Source: Lytechinus pictus
Taxonomy: Eukaryota
Assembly (NCBI RefSeq): GCF_037042905.1
Contig: NC_087246.1
Location: 53,878,001-53,942,000 of the forward strand
DNA length: 64,000 nucleotides
Direction: 5' to 3'
The notes under the pieces are model-generated. The model searched no databases and was not told where the DNA came from. It was given only the letters and a program-made list of their open reading frames with translations. Shown one piece after another: positions 52,380-64,000 of this stretch (within the stretch, counting starts at the first letter, position 1; every line of letters starts with the position of its first letter). The position numbers and the translations under genes are program-made.

Positions 52380-53058
52380 GAAGTTAAGAGAATTTCAATA
52401 CAAACTTTTACATATAGCATCATATTTTGTAATGACAAACTTTTCCAGTTTGGTATAATACATTCCAATACTTTCTCTTTCTGTAGAAAAAGAGATAGAA
52501 ACATATTATCATGTATTTTATAAATGTGCTGAAGTGTCTAAGACTTGGACTGAAATAGGAAACAAATTACATCTTCTAAAATTCCTTGATATACAATGGC
52601 TTGAAGTATTACTTGGTGTTAGAGACAATATAAAACACAATTCTTTATTAAATCATGTAATAATTTTGGTCAAATATATGATTTACAATAACCGTAAACT
52701 GGGAAGGGTCCCTACATGTAAAGAAATATGCAGTGCTATTAAAAGGTCAAAACAGATCGAATGTGAAAAGGCAAAAAGAAAGGATAAATTAACTCTACAC
52801 CATACAAAATGGGAAAAATTTCCCAATTGTCGGTTTGAGTCAATTACACTGAAGTGTTTATTTTTTTTTCTTTCTTCAAACCACTAGCGTACCTACGGGG
52901 GGGGGGGGGGGGGGGCAGGGGGGGCACTCTGCCCCCCTGACGAGTCACAACCCATGCAAAAACGTATCTTTGCCCCCCCTGACGGGCTTGAAAAACCTTT
53001 TTTGCCCCCCCTGACGAGCTTTAAGACCTTCAATACCCCCCTGACGAGCTTGAAGACC

Positions 53059-53089
<31 letters not shown>

Positions 53090-53910
53090 TGTCAATTTTT
53101 TTCTGGTACGAAATCCTTTATTTGTGATCGAAGACCTTTTTTTTTTTTTTTTTTTTTTTGCTTGTCAAATTTTTTGGCGGACGGTTTTGCCCCCCCCCCC
53201 TGTGGAAAATCCTAGGTACGCCACTGCTTCAAACCCTTTTTCCCACTGATCCTTACCCATCAATTTAAATATATATAAAAAAATCAACTTACGATTATCT
53301 TGCATCAAAGCTTATTTTGTATAAAATGATTTATAGTATAGTACTGGCATAATAGTAATTAAATCATTATAAAATATATTATGATACCAGTAAAAGATAA
53401 AGGAGATGAGTTTCAGTTTGGATGCTCTCCCTTTACATTTCTGTTTTTTGTTTTGTTGATATTTTGTATTTGTGTGTTTTATATATATAATCTTTATTCA
53501 GATTTTACAATTTTTAAGTATAAACATAGAGATTTATTCTTTTTTGCATTGTCTTCAAAATATGGAGATATACATTTTTTTATTATGGGATAGTCTATTC
53601 ACATCTTTATTAAACAAAGTATTATATATAAAAATGGTATTATTTGCTCAGAATTTAAAAAGTCTTTATGTTGGGATTTTTTTTCATCATACAATACCGC
53701 ATTATAATACAGTAAATACAAGTGAAAATAACTGTTTCCCCGTTTGTATTATGGGTTGTGATAATCTTTGTTAAAAAATGTTTATCATAATATATAATAT
53801 TTCATTTGTTATATTGCTGTATATATGTACTTCACTTATTTTATATATTTTCTTTATTACCCTTGTATGTATGCAAAATGTGATATTATCTGAATAAAAG
53901 CATAAAAAAA
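52380..53910 (+). mobile_element. 5'-truncated L1/Tx1-type LINE (decayed ORF2 C-terminus, AT-rich 3' UTR, AATAAA and A-tail)
   Basis: Frameshifted peptides IIFCNDKLFQFGIIHSNTFSFC...W...VLLG...LLNHVIILVKYMIY..R...P...KW resemble the zf-RVT C-terminal region of L1-clade ORF2. AATAAA at ~53893 is followed by an A-run. Degenerate TSD CGTACAGACT-GGA / CATGCAGACTTGGA. Confidence 0.75.
52882..53226. mobile_element. hAT-like MITE family 2, nested in the LINE
   Basis: Perfect 8-bp TSD CTTCAAAC; near-identical to 1440-1702. Confidence 0.85.
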
Positions 53911-56218
53911 CATGCAGACTTGGAGCAGAGTACATGGATGAAATAGAGTTTATCTACCTGGATGAAATGGAATGTCAGTTTGTCAGTTCTGTTCAGTGGC
54001 GTACAGATGGGAGGGGGGAAGCTTGGGGGTGCTTGCTCTCCCCAATTTTTTACGACCAAGAAAACAAAAGAGAAAAGATAACGTATTGGAAAGAGAATTT
54101 GTTTATGATTTTCTGATAACTTTATTTAGGTTGTGATTATAATGTTTTAAACAAGAGATGGCGCTAAACCACTTACCGCAGACGAACTGCAGAATTGCAG
54201 CAGAGTATATACGGATGAAATCATGAGAGGTTTATCTTCCACCTCAAAATGGATTAAATGGAATATCAGTTCTGTTCAGTGGCGTACAGATGGAAGGGGG
54301 GGGGGGGGCTTTGGGCTTGCTCCCCCCAAATTTTAATGACCAAGAAAACAAATGAGAAAAGAAAAAGGATAGGAAAGAGTTTATGAAATAGAGATGGTTT
54401 ATGATAATATTTTTTTGAATATTATGTCAAAATCTGCCACAAAATTGGATTTTTGTAATAGAAATGTCGATTTTTCTTTTTGCCCGTTCGCTTCGCCCAC
54501 TTGCAACTTTTTATCAATTTTGCCTGAAACGCCATATTTGGTCACCTCAATATTTTGGGCTCATTACGACACTCTGGTTCTGCTTCAACCTGTAGTTGTG
54601 AGTCAGTCGTGAGATGGTCGGGTCGTATGAGGTGTCCGGTAGCCTTATACTTAGGGGTGAAAAGGGGAAAAGAGGGGAAATGGAAAACAATCGAGGAACT
54701 GAAAGAAAGAATTAGAAGTGAATGGTCAGAGCTATACTGCCCAACTTTGGCAAAAGGAAGCAAGTGCCCACATCAGTCAAATTTGAGTTATTGTTGTTGC
54801 TGAAATACCCTTTGTACGTTGCACGTTCGGACAAAAAGTTGGGGAAGAAATTATCGTTCTATGGAAAGATATTGAAGAAAATTTGCTGTTAAAATGCATT
54901 GACGCCTATGTAAATGACGTTCACATCGCTCATTTACGACAAATTATAGTTTTGTCACTTGCTTCCTTTTGCCAAAGTACGGCAGTATATACCCTATTAC
55001 TCAATAACAGAAAACACATTTTAATGCGTGTATACTTGCCCACCCCTATATCCTTACGCCATCCCTGACTGTACAGTTTATGCCTAGAATATACAACGGC
55101 TACATGGATAACATTAATTTCCAATATTTGGACTAATTAAGCACTATGATGGATGTGGGCATAATATCAAATTCTTGTGTGATCTGTAATAATAATTATG
55201 CTCGTCACAAAAAAAAGTCATGAATCTCATATATCTATATTTTTTTCTTTGGCATCATTTACACATCCTGACATAGGCTAAAGACTGCGAAAAGAGAAAA
55301 ATTAAAATTTCGCTTATTTTCACAAAACAATTATTATTCACTGAATAGATTACATGCAAATGCAAATAAGACGGGTGATGTCATACAGCTATATACTTCT
55401 TTTTCAATTTTTGCAGGCAATCACAATAGGTTACAACATTGACAATGCAACTGAGAAGGAGTCAGACCTCGTTTGTCATATGATCTTGAGGAAAAAAACA
55501 ATATATTTTATTGCTATATTGATGTAAATAGTAATTGGGAGACGTCATTGGTTCATGACCAAGATTTTTTTTAATCAAGTTAAACTTTGAAATTTCATAA
55601 CTTTGTTATTTTATTAGGTTTTGACTTTTGATGAAATTTCAAGCATTTATAATTATGCTTGTACATTTTTATATCTTTTATAATAAGTTTTGTTAGGGCG
55701 GACTGAACTCGCCCTTATAATTAGTTCTAAATTTATGATAAACACGTTATATTTTCATTAGGCCTTTATGCCATCCCGTTGACTTAAACTTATATACATA
55801 ATAAATGATTAATAATTATAAGAATGGAGCATATGAAGTAACACAGGAAAATAAAACAACTTGATAGTATATTTTTAACTATTCCGAAACATTGACATTT
55901 TATACTTTACCTTATGATAATAGGTTACTTTTTACCTTATCTCAGGGACACCAAATACATTCGCCCTAAAAAAAACCCTGCTACTAGCAAATGTATTTCA
56001 GGGGATAAATGAGTAATATTTGCAATGTAAATGAAATGAATAAGATATTTAAAAAATCGTAGACAAACAAGTGAGGCAAGTGAGCTGCATCTGTCTTTGG
56101 CACCAAGATCCAGATCCCGACCTCTCTTGTTCAGAGTGCGCGCAGTCAGGTAGCAGACGTTTTGATTGCTGTTTATACAGCTACTGCACTGTACCGATCA
56201 GATCTTTGCAACAATGCA

Positions 56219-59200
56219 ATGGCAGGAATCTTGACATTCTTCAGGCCTATTCTGCGGTTTTTCATTTACAGTGGCGTGATCATATTTATTTGTGAATACC
56301 TGGTTTACTACATTGTTATGTTTCGGTGTTCATGGCCTTATACAAGCTTTCAGAACGACCATAATCATAGTGGTCAAATTGCCGACTCTGCATGGGTTTT
56401 CAACGGGAAGCCATTCGGTTCCTCTGCCAGAGCTCCGGGGTTGATAAACATTGAGACTCGATCGTCGTTAGTTGAGCAGAGGCAAAATGATGAAGATTCA
56501 ACTTTGCGGGTTATTTTCATAGCAGATACCCATTTGTTAGGAAGTCGACTCGGTCATTGGTTTGACAAGTTAAGAAGGTGAATGTCATATTGGAAATGAT
56601 TTCATATGACTGGATGCTTCAACTGAAATCAATTTCAAATTTTCAGTAAAAATTGGTTAAACTGCAGCCCGGTTCACTCAGGGGCCGATTAACTTAGGGT
56701 CTTTGTGTCGCCCATTTATTTTGATGCGTTGTATGAGGTTCCTTTTACAAATTGATTATAAACTATTCTATGATTATTAACCTCACTTTTAAATTGATTT
56801 TTACATAATAATGACATAAAATATTGGCTTATTGCATTTATAATAATCAATGACAATCGTTCGTTTAAATGGATGAATAAAGTACTTTTGCAGGTACTTT
56901 AAAAAGGCGTTTCCGTACAGCGCATCATCATATTTCAGTGAGAGACATTCCTGGCAAAGACCCTTTAGTGCAATAGGCCCATGACTGAGTCGTCTGGCGT
57001 GTAGGCATTCGATTCTATAATGTTAGGGTCTCTAAGCCTAATTTTATTTTGTCTGTTCTCTGAACTTAGTACAAACTTAAAAGTCAGACTGTCATATCTA
57101 CTTAATGGATTGATAATGATAATTAAGTTGTAGGTCAGTGTCATCACTCGGGGGCAGGATTTTTTGAAAGGGGGGGCACATTTTCCCTAGGAAAAATTTG
57201 GTTTTAACCAAAAATTAAATGTATTTCGCCCACGAAAAAATTTGACAAGCAAAAAAAAAAAAAGGTCTTCAATTTCAAAGGGGGAGCACACTTCTGTTTA
57301 ACAGCATTTTTACATACAAATTTCAATTGTGCCTCTCAAAAGGGGGGGGGGGACATGGGCCGGCTGTGCCCCTCCTGGATCCGCTAGTGTCATCACTGTT
57401 CAGTATTATTTGTCTCCCATTGTTATGTAGCTGTTGGATCTTTTGCACTTTTATTTTCAACCAGTCTTAAAAGCAATGCAGGATGTACAGTTCATACATT
57501 TATTGAAGATGATTATAAATAAGTTGATGATAAGTAATACAGGAACATGAGTAAGTATGATGGTGTCTGTACTCTGAAGATGTAAACACTGCATACTGAT
57601 GTATTATAAAATGTAAACTCTTCTGTAGCTCTAAAACTAGTGATCTCTATGTAATCCAAAACTGACTGGAGATCAGAAATGAATCCCCTTTATAATGTTC
57701 TGGTCAAGATTTTCTACAGCCAAACAGCTGTGGTTTAGTCGTGGGTAGTTTTATGGAGCTTTGGTTTGACCATAACAAGTGTACATCATACTTATACTCT
57801 GGATTGGGGAAGTCCGAGTGGACCTTTTAGTGAGAAGGAGGATTCTTGAGAATTGTGTTTGCATCAGAAGTTTGGCGACAAAGAGTTTCCTGTCATACTT
57901 CCTGTAGAAGTATTGATTAAGCATTGATGGATATATTGCATATGTGAGATATGTCTTTCATCACGTAACACCATTATATATATTTAGGATAACCGAAAAT
58001 GAGGAAATAGTGACTGAAGGTTTGAAAGAAATGTTAAGGTTCAGGGCTACAGTCAAGAGGACTGAATTTGCAACATGTTTCTTGATACAAGTAATAGTAT
58101 CAAAATTACTTGTAGATGGGAAAGATCACTGGATAATACGCCCATACATCCATGGTTAGAGATTACTTTAGCAATTCATCTTGCAATGTGAAGCACTACA
58201 TTCTATATGAATTATCAAAAATTTAAGGAGTTTTTTTTTTTAATTACGTGTTTTATTGGTTTTAATCACAATATTTACATATTATTGGTATGATTAAAGG
58301 AAAAAACCATAGTGATTAATGTTTGAACCACTCCCTACGTGTTAAAGTAATTTGGCAAAATGCACAAAAAACATTTCTTGTTATTTCTAGTCCTTTACTT
58401 GCTTAGTGCTTGAATAAGTAGGGGAAGGCGGGGTAAGTTGCAACACTTTTTGCATGTTAGAATTGATATGACAAATCATCTTATAGAAATAAGTACCTTG
58501 CCTTTAAATTTAAATCTTAGGAAATATTTTTCACCTATAAATAACTTTCTACCCCCACACTAAAAGTCATTGTAACCTTTGAAAAAACGATGTGAAATGG
58601 CTCAACTTGCCCCATCTGTGGAGTAAGTTGTGCCACCTGATGGGTTAAGTTAAGCCACAAAAACTATGTACAAAATGTATGCGGGAAGAACCAGCATGTC
58701 AAATTTTTATTTAAAGTCTTCTCACTTGCTAATTCTCTATAAAATACTAACATCCTCTAAAAGTAAAAGAACTGTCATGTGAATTTGCTCCTTTCTGCCT
58801 GCATATCAATGGCTTTTTAAGGGTTTTTAATTTTTTTTAAAAATACATTACCATAACAATTACCATGGCTCAACTTGCCCCATGTTATGTTAGCTGGCTC
58901 AAATTACCCCAGTCCGAACTTAATGCGATATTTTCACATCCACACATTTCTTATGCATCCATCATGTAGAGACTTTGACAAGAATGATAATCCATACCTG
59001 GGCTAACAATATTGTTCATATTTCTTTATATTATATTATATTTAAAGACGTGTGTGGGTAAAAAGCACTGATCTATTTCACACCCTTTTTTACTTTTTTT
59101 GCTGAAATTTGTATTTTTCCCTCTAAAAAAGTACTTTTGTTTCTAAGTTGAAAACAATGTAGTGGGGATAAAGATTATGTAGTGGGTCATCAATACATAA

Positions 59201-62200
59201 CACCACCACAATGTCTGACTCATTCATTATTGGCCTGGGGGTGGTGGCTCAACTTGCCCCTCTGCTCAACTTACCCCGCCTTCCCCTATACGCAAAAGCT
59301 TGCAGGCAATACCATTTTTTTTAATTGTATTTAACCCATTTTGTTGAGTAATTTATTCCATAGCATCTTTTTTTTTTTGGAAATGAAAAAAAGGTACTGT
59401 GGAATGCGGAGATTTGGACCACAAAAGAATTGTTCAATGATAGGTGAAACATTTTGACATTAATATGACAACAATTTTTTTTATTGGAGGGGGAGGGGGG
59501 TGGTGCTAAACATGACCTTTCTACCATTGTCAAATTCCTTTTGATACTGATATGAAAACTGTAATGAAAAACAAATCAATTCTTTGCCATGTGTCCAAAA
59601 ATAGTTCATGGTTCTGTTTCACAAATCTGATTAAAAAAATTTCTTTCAGAAAAATTGTGTAAAGTTTCTATACTTGGATCTTAATTTCTCCTCCCCAATA
59701 CATTATTTTTGCTTTTGTTTTTAAACAAGGGAATGGCAGATGGAGAGAGCTTTTCAGACAGCACTGACTTTGTTTGCTCCTGAAGCAGTTTTTGTTCTTG
59801 GTGATTTGACTGATGAGGGAAAATGGGCCGACAATAAGGTGAGGACATGATCATGAGAGATATTCTCATTAGAAAAAATTTGCAATATAAGACTCAAAGT
59901 AAGTGCGGTATGTGTAGGAATTTTCCTCCATGAGCATAGATTTAATGTAAGATTATTGGATGTTCAAAATTCAATTTGAAAATATGGCAAATACAGTGTA
60001 GCTATGTATCGGGAGATAATTATGAAACATGCATGTTTATGGTTCATAAACAAAAGTGTATTTAATCATTTTCTAGTAAGCATCTATAGGCAAGTAAAAA
60101 GTGTGCTCCATAGAGATTTCATGAAGTGCAGAACTGTTATTTTGATATTTTCCAGCAATAGGAAGAAGTCTAATTGGAGTAAAAATTCAAGACTTCTTGA
60201 TTTTCAGAATCTGTTGTTTTCACCGATTAATTTTTATACCAAAATCTCAAAAGGCCGTAGAGTGATGTATGCCCTGCTTTTAAACCATCCGTGTTGTCTC
60301 AAAGCTAAATTCCCATTTTACCTTTCCTTTCATCAGGAGTTTGAAGCTACAGTCAAACGTTTCAGGAAGATGTTTCGCCATTCACGAGGGGTTTATTTCA
60401 AGGTTGTCGTTGGAAATCATGATGTCGGATTTCATGGCTCGTTAGTATTCTTCTCATTATGGGATATATGATGTATAGGAAAGAAAAATGTATGAGACAT
60501 GATGTTCAATTTAAAAAACTCATTTTCAGTATCAGTTTCATGGTATCAGAATGTTGCGTTTTCTTCTACAATTAGCCATAGCTTTAGGTAAGGTAACAAC
60601 ACCTTTCTGTGCATTAAATATTTTGACGTCTCCCCTCCCCTCATTAAAATAGAAGAAAATTATGATAATAATATGATAAATAACAACAGCAGCTATAATG
60701 AAATAATCAATTAATAAATAAAAAAAACACTATTAGTTAATAAAGCTTTGAAAAAGCAAATTGATAAAATGAATTAACAAAAAATAATTTAACTTTTAAA
60801 GAATGAATTCAAATAATTGTGACTCACACTATGGAGAGAACACAAAATCTTTACTTGAGTTGATTTCATGTTTTTTCACGATTGAAATGACCATTTTCAC
60901 TTATTTTTATCCACAGCATGAGTAAGAGCAAGTTGGAGAGATTTTCTGATGCTTTCAACTTGTCTGGTGTTGAAGTGGTCACTCTAAAAAACAATAGGTA
61001 ACCGAACTTCAACCTGATTTTACTCTGTTTTTTGTTTGTTTTGTTTTCGGTTCATAGACTTTGTGTTGTGAGGTTATTGCCTCCTGATATAATCTGCACT
61101 TGATGTATTTTTCCACTTCATGTGGAATTAATAGGTTCAATAATTTTCCAGGATATGAATAGGTATTAAACTTTTTGTGAAAACCTCAGACAAAACTAAG
61201 ACAACATAAAGTATTTCCATTTAGTTTCAATCTATTTTGGTTACTGATTATTTTGAATGGTGATTGGCTTATTATGGGTCGTAATTATTCAGTTTATAGT
61301 CTATGGCACACAATTAGTGAATATGATCAAACCATGGATCGTAGGATCTATGAGTATGAACAAACTAATGCTTTACATTTGCAAGTTTTTGATGGGCCCA
61401 ATCTGTTATAAGATATTATAAGATGATCAAAGAATTAGCATGCATTGAACATAAATCTTTTGTCCATAATAACCATTCCATGACATTTGCTCTGGCGATC
61501 ATTGCTCCAATAAAAAATCTGTACTCTAAGCAAAACATAAAACCCAACTTCCAAACTAAATAAACCCTAATCCTGATTTTTACATTATTCTGAACCAAAA
61601 ACTATATTACCCTCTGTGATATTGAGACAGGAGCAAATGTTGCAAGAACATATGTTGTGTCAACATAAATAACTTCATTCTTCTATTTTAGTGACATCAA
61701 ACTGTTGCAAAATTATTTTTTAAATCTTTTTTTAACCCCTAGTTTTGTGTTGGTGAACAGTATGGCCTTCCATGGCGATGGTTGTACCCTCTGTTTGCCC
61801 GCTCAGACGAAGCTTCGAGGTGTTTCTGAGAGGCTTAACTGTTCCAGGTTTGGACACCAGGGTGGGGTCAAGCAGCGAGGGAAGGTCAAGTCGAGGTGCA
61901 GTCATTACAGACCGTTACCTGCAACACCTCCCATTCTCCTACAGGTAATTATGATGAAGGGAATGTCTTCAAGGCACATCATCTCATTGATAACTTTGGC
62001 CATACATGTAATATTTCAGCTTGGTGACCCAAAATTTCCTCCTGTTTTAATATCTCTGGATTAGGGTTTCTGAGGGTTGGGATATGTTCCAGATACTACT
62101 TAAATTAAGGTTAGAATTAAGATTAGGTTTTAGGTTGGGGTCTATGTTATGTTATACATGATATACAGACTATTCATACTACGAGTAATTATCACTGGTG

Positions 62201-63386
62201 CTAGTTTCCATGGAGTCTAAAATGTAAAGGAAAAACAGTTCTGGAGGTGTTTGCATTGGGTATTCCAAAAAGGCCTTTTATGCAATGCATTACAGGTTAA
62301 TCTACCAAAATAAATTAAATCTCTTGAAACCGCATGAATCTGTTTGACTTTAGAACTTGAAAATAATGTGTTTTGCATATTCTGGTTTAAATTTTTTTTT
62401 TTACTTAAGCGAAGGTTGAGTTAGATAAAGTCTATCATTAACTGACAAGTATGCACGTGGATCATACTGACGGAACCCTTTTTGTATCTTCCCAGCATTT
62501 TCCCTTGTACCGTCCAAATGATGAGATGTGCTCAGGTGTCGATGGAACACCGCTCGATGAGAAATATATTCCTCATGGACAGAGAAGAGAAGTTCTCTCT
62601 CAGGAAGCTACTTATAAGGTAACTAAACCTGAGAACAATGCTATCTATTTCTGCAAGACTTGATTAACTGTAGAAGTCGATATCTTGCTGTTTTGTGTGT
62701 CATTGAGTAGCAATGACTATATGAAATAAAGCTACAAAATACAGACGTGTTCCAGTTGTGTTAGAAATTAGAAATTTAAGAGTGGCATCAAGAGTGTTTT
62801 TCTTGACTCGAGCTATATTTATTTGAGAGTTGTATTGAGGAAAAGTCTCTTTTTCTGTTCCATAATCCTGTATTCATTAAATTGAATACATAGGTTTTGT
62901 GAAAATGAGTTAAATAAATCTAAAAACCATTCTTTAATGACTCTTAAATCATTTCACCTTTATTAATCTAAATTTGATTTTTGAAATAAGTTTCAAATGA
63001 AAAAGGAAAAGTGAAATGACGAATAAGGGTATCTGAATTATTGGTTTAGAAAACCATCTCCTGTCTGCAAATATGGAGAACAAAAACAGGAGATGAATTT
63101 GGTTCAAGGAATTCATGATCTTAATTCCTTCTGTTTGTTGATTTTAGTTTCAATTATTTTGTGAAATCTTCATTTCCATAAAAATGCTCTTTTGGTTGCG
63201 GAAGCCAAAACTTCAAGTAATCCGTAAATTTTCTTTCATTACCAGTTATTGTCATGGATCCGTCCTCGTCTTGTGCTTAGTGCTCACACTCATCATGGCT
63301 GCTACATCGTTCATCAGAATGTTACTCCAGAAATCTCAGTGCCTTCCTTCAGCTGGAGAAACAGAAAGAACCCAAGCCTTACTCTT
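56219..63386 (+). CDS. MPPE1: Metallophosphoesterase 1 (PGAP5), first 7 coding exons; continues beyond the window
   Basis: join(56219-56577,59730-59838,60337-60440,60917-60997,61743-61944,62496-62618,63246-63386), GT-AG with consistent phases. N-terminal TM segment, [86 protein letters not shown]. Confidence 0.93.
57149..57389. mobile_element. hAT-like MITE family 1, second copy
   Basis: Perfect 8-bp TSD TCATCACT; homologous to 324-534. Confidence 0.8.
58421..59286. mobile_element. TA-flanked MITE
   Basis: TA|GGGGAAGGCGGGGTAAGTTG ... CAACTTACCCCGCCTTCCCC|TA, a perfect 20-bp TIR; internal GCTCAACTTGCCCC repeats. Confidence 0.8.
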
Positions 63387-63400
63387 GTGAGTATGAGATT

Positions 63401-63675
63401 AATAATGATAATAATAATAGCTGGATTTATTTATAAAGCACTTTTTGCCAGATGATACAAAGCGCTGCTATTATTACCCTGGCTCGAGCTACCATCACCG
63501 GCGCTCAGTGCATGCAAGGAATTACTCCTGACGGGTACCCATTCACCTCACCTGGGTTGAGTGGAGCACAGTGTGGGTAAATTTCTTGCTGAAGGAAAAC
63601 ATGCCATGGCTACGATTCGAACCCACAACCCTCTGTTTCAAAGGCAAGAGTCAGAACCACTAGACCACGACACAC
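63401..63675 (-). mobile_element. tRNA-derived SINE, reverse orientation, just after MPPE1 exon 7
   Basis: The reverse complement has A box TGGTCTAGTGG, B box GGTTCGAATC, the same core as the 42389 copy and an (ATT)n tail. Confidence 0.8.
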
Positions 63676-64000
63676 CCACACAATGGGAGATTAATAGGAG
63701 AGTGTTGATGAAGAGACAAGGGAGGGGGTCATTGAATTAGAGAAGGGGAGGGGGGTGGTGGTAGTCTGTCATCTGGTATGATCTTTTACCCATGTGAAAG
63801 GAATTGTAAAAACTGGGTTGCATCTTCAAACAAAGGTGTCAGAGGTCTTTGTTAGAACAGGGGAGCGTTTCATCAACATATTTGTCCGACAGGTTGTCAG
63901 ATCTGACATCTGTCCTTGATTCTGATTGGCTGAGAGGCACTGTTACTACGGTAACTGTCAGATAAAATGGGACTTGTCAGACAAAACATCTGATAGGTCC

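Overview
This is eukaryotic, intron-rich, AT-rich animal DNA. The repeat landscape suggests an echinoderm, probably a sea urchin (inference). I assembled the genes by hand from GT-AG boundaries and phase continuity. (1) First coding exon of an unidentified minus-strand gene running off the left edge. (2) A complete 16-exon TSNAXIP1-like gene on + (9499-30605, 737 aa). (3) A tandem array of four intact gamma-glutamylcyclotransferase (GGCT) paralogs on - (32458-52198). Their active sites erode stepwise along the array, ending in a copy that lacks the catalytic glutamate but keeps a perfect ORF and splice sites. (4) The first seven coding exons of MPPE1/PGAP5 on + (56219 onward, continuing beyond the window). 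The spacers and introns hold many non-autonomous DNA transposons (hAT-like, Kolobok-like, Tc1/mariner-like, EnSpm-like, Academ-like, Harbinger-like), tRNA-derived SINEs and one 5'-truncated L1/Tx1-type LINE, several of them nested. One N-gap lies at 26054-26194. The best candidate for new biology is the diverging GGCT array and its probable pseudoenzyme.
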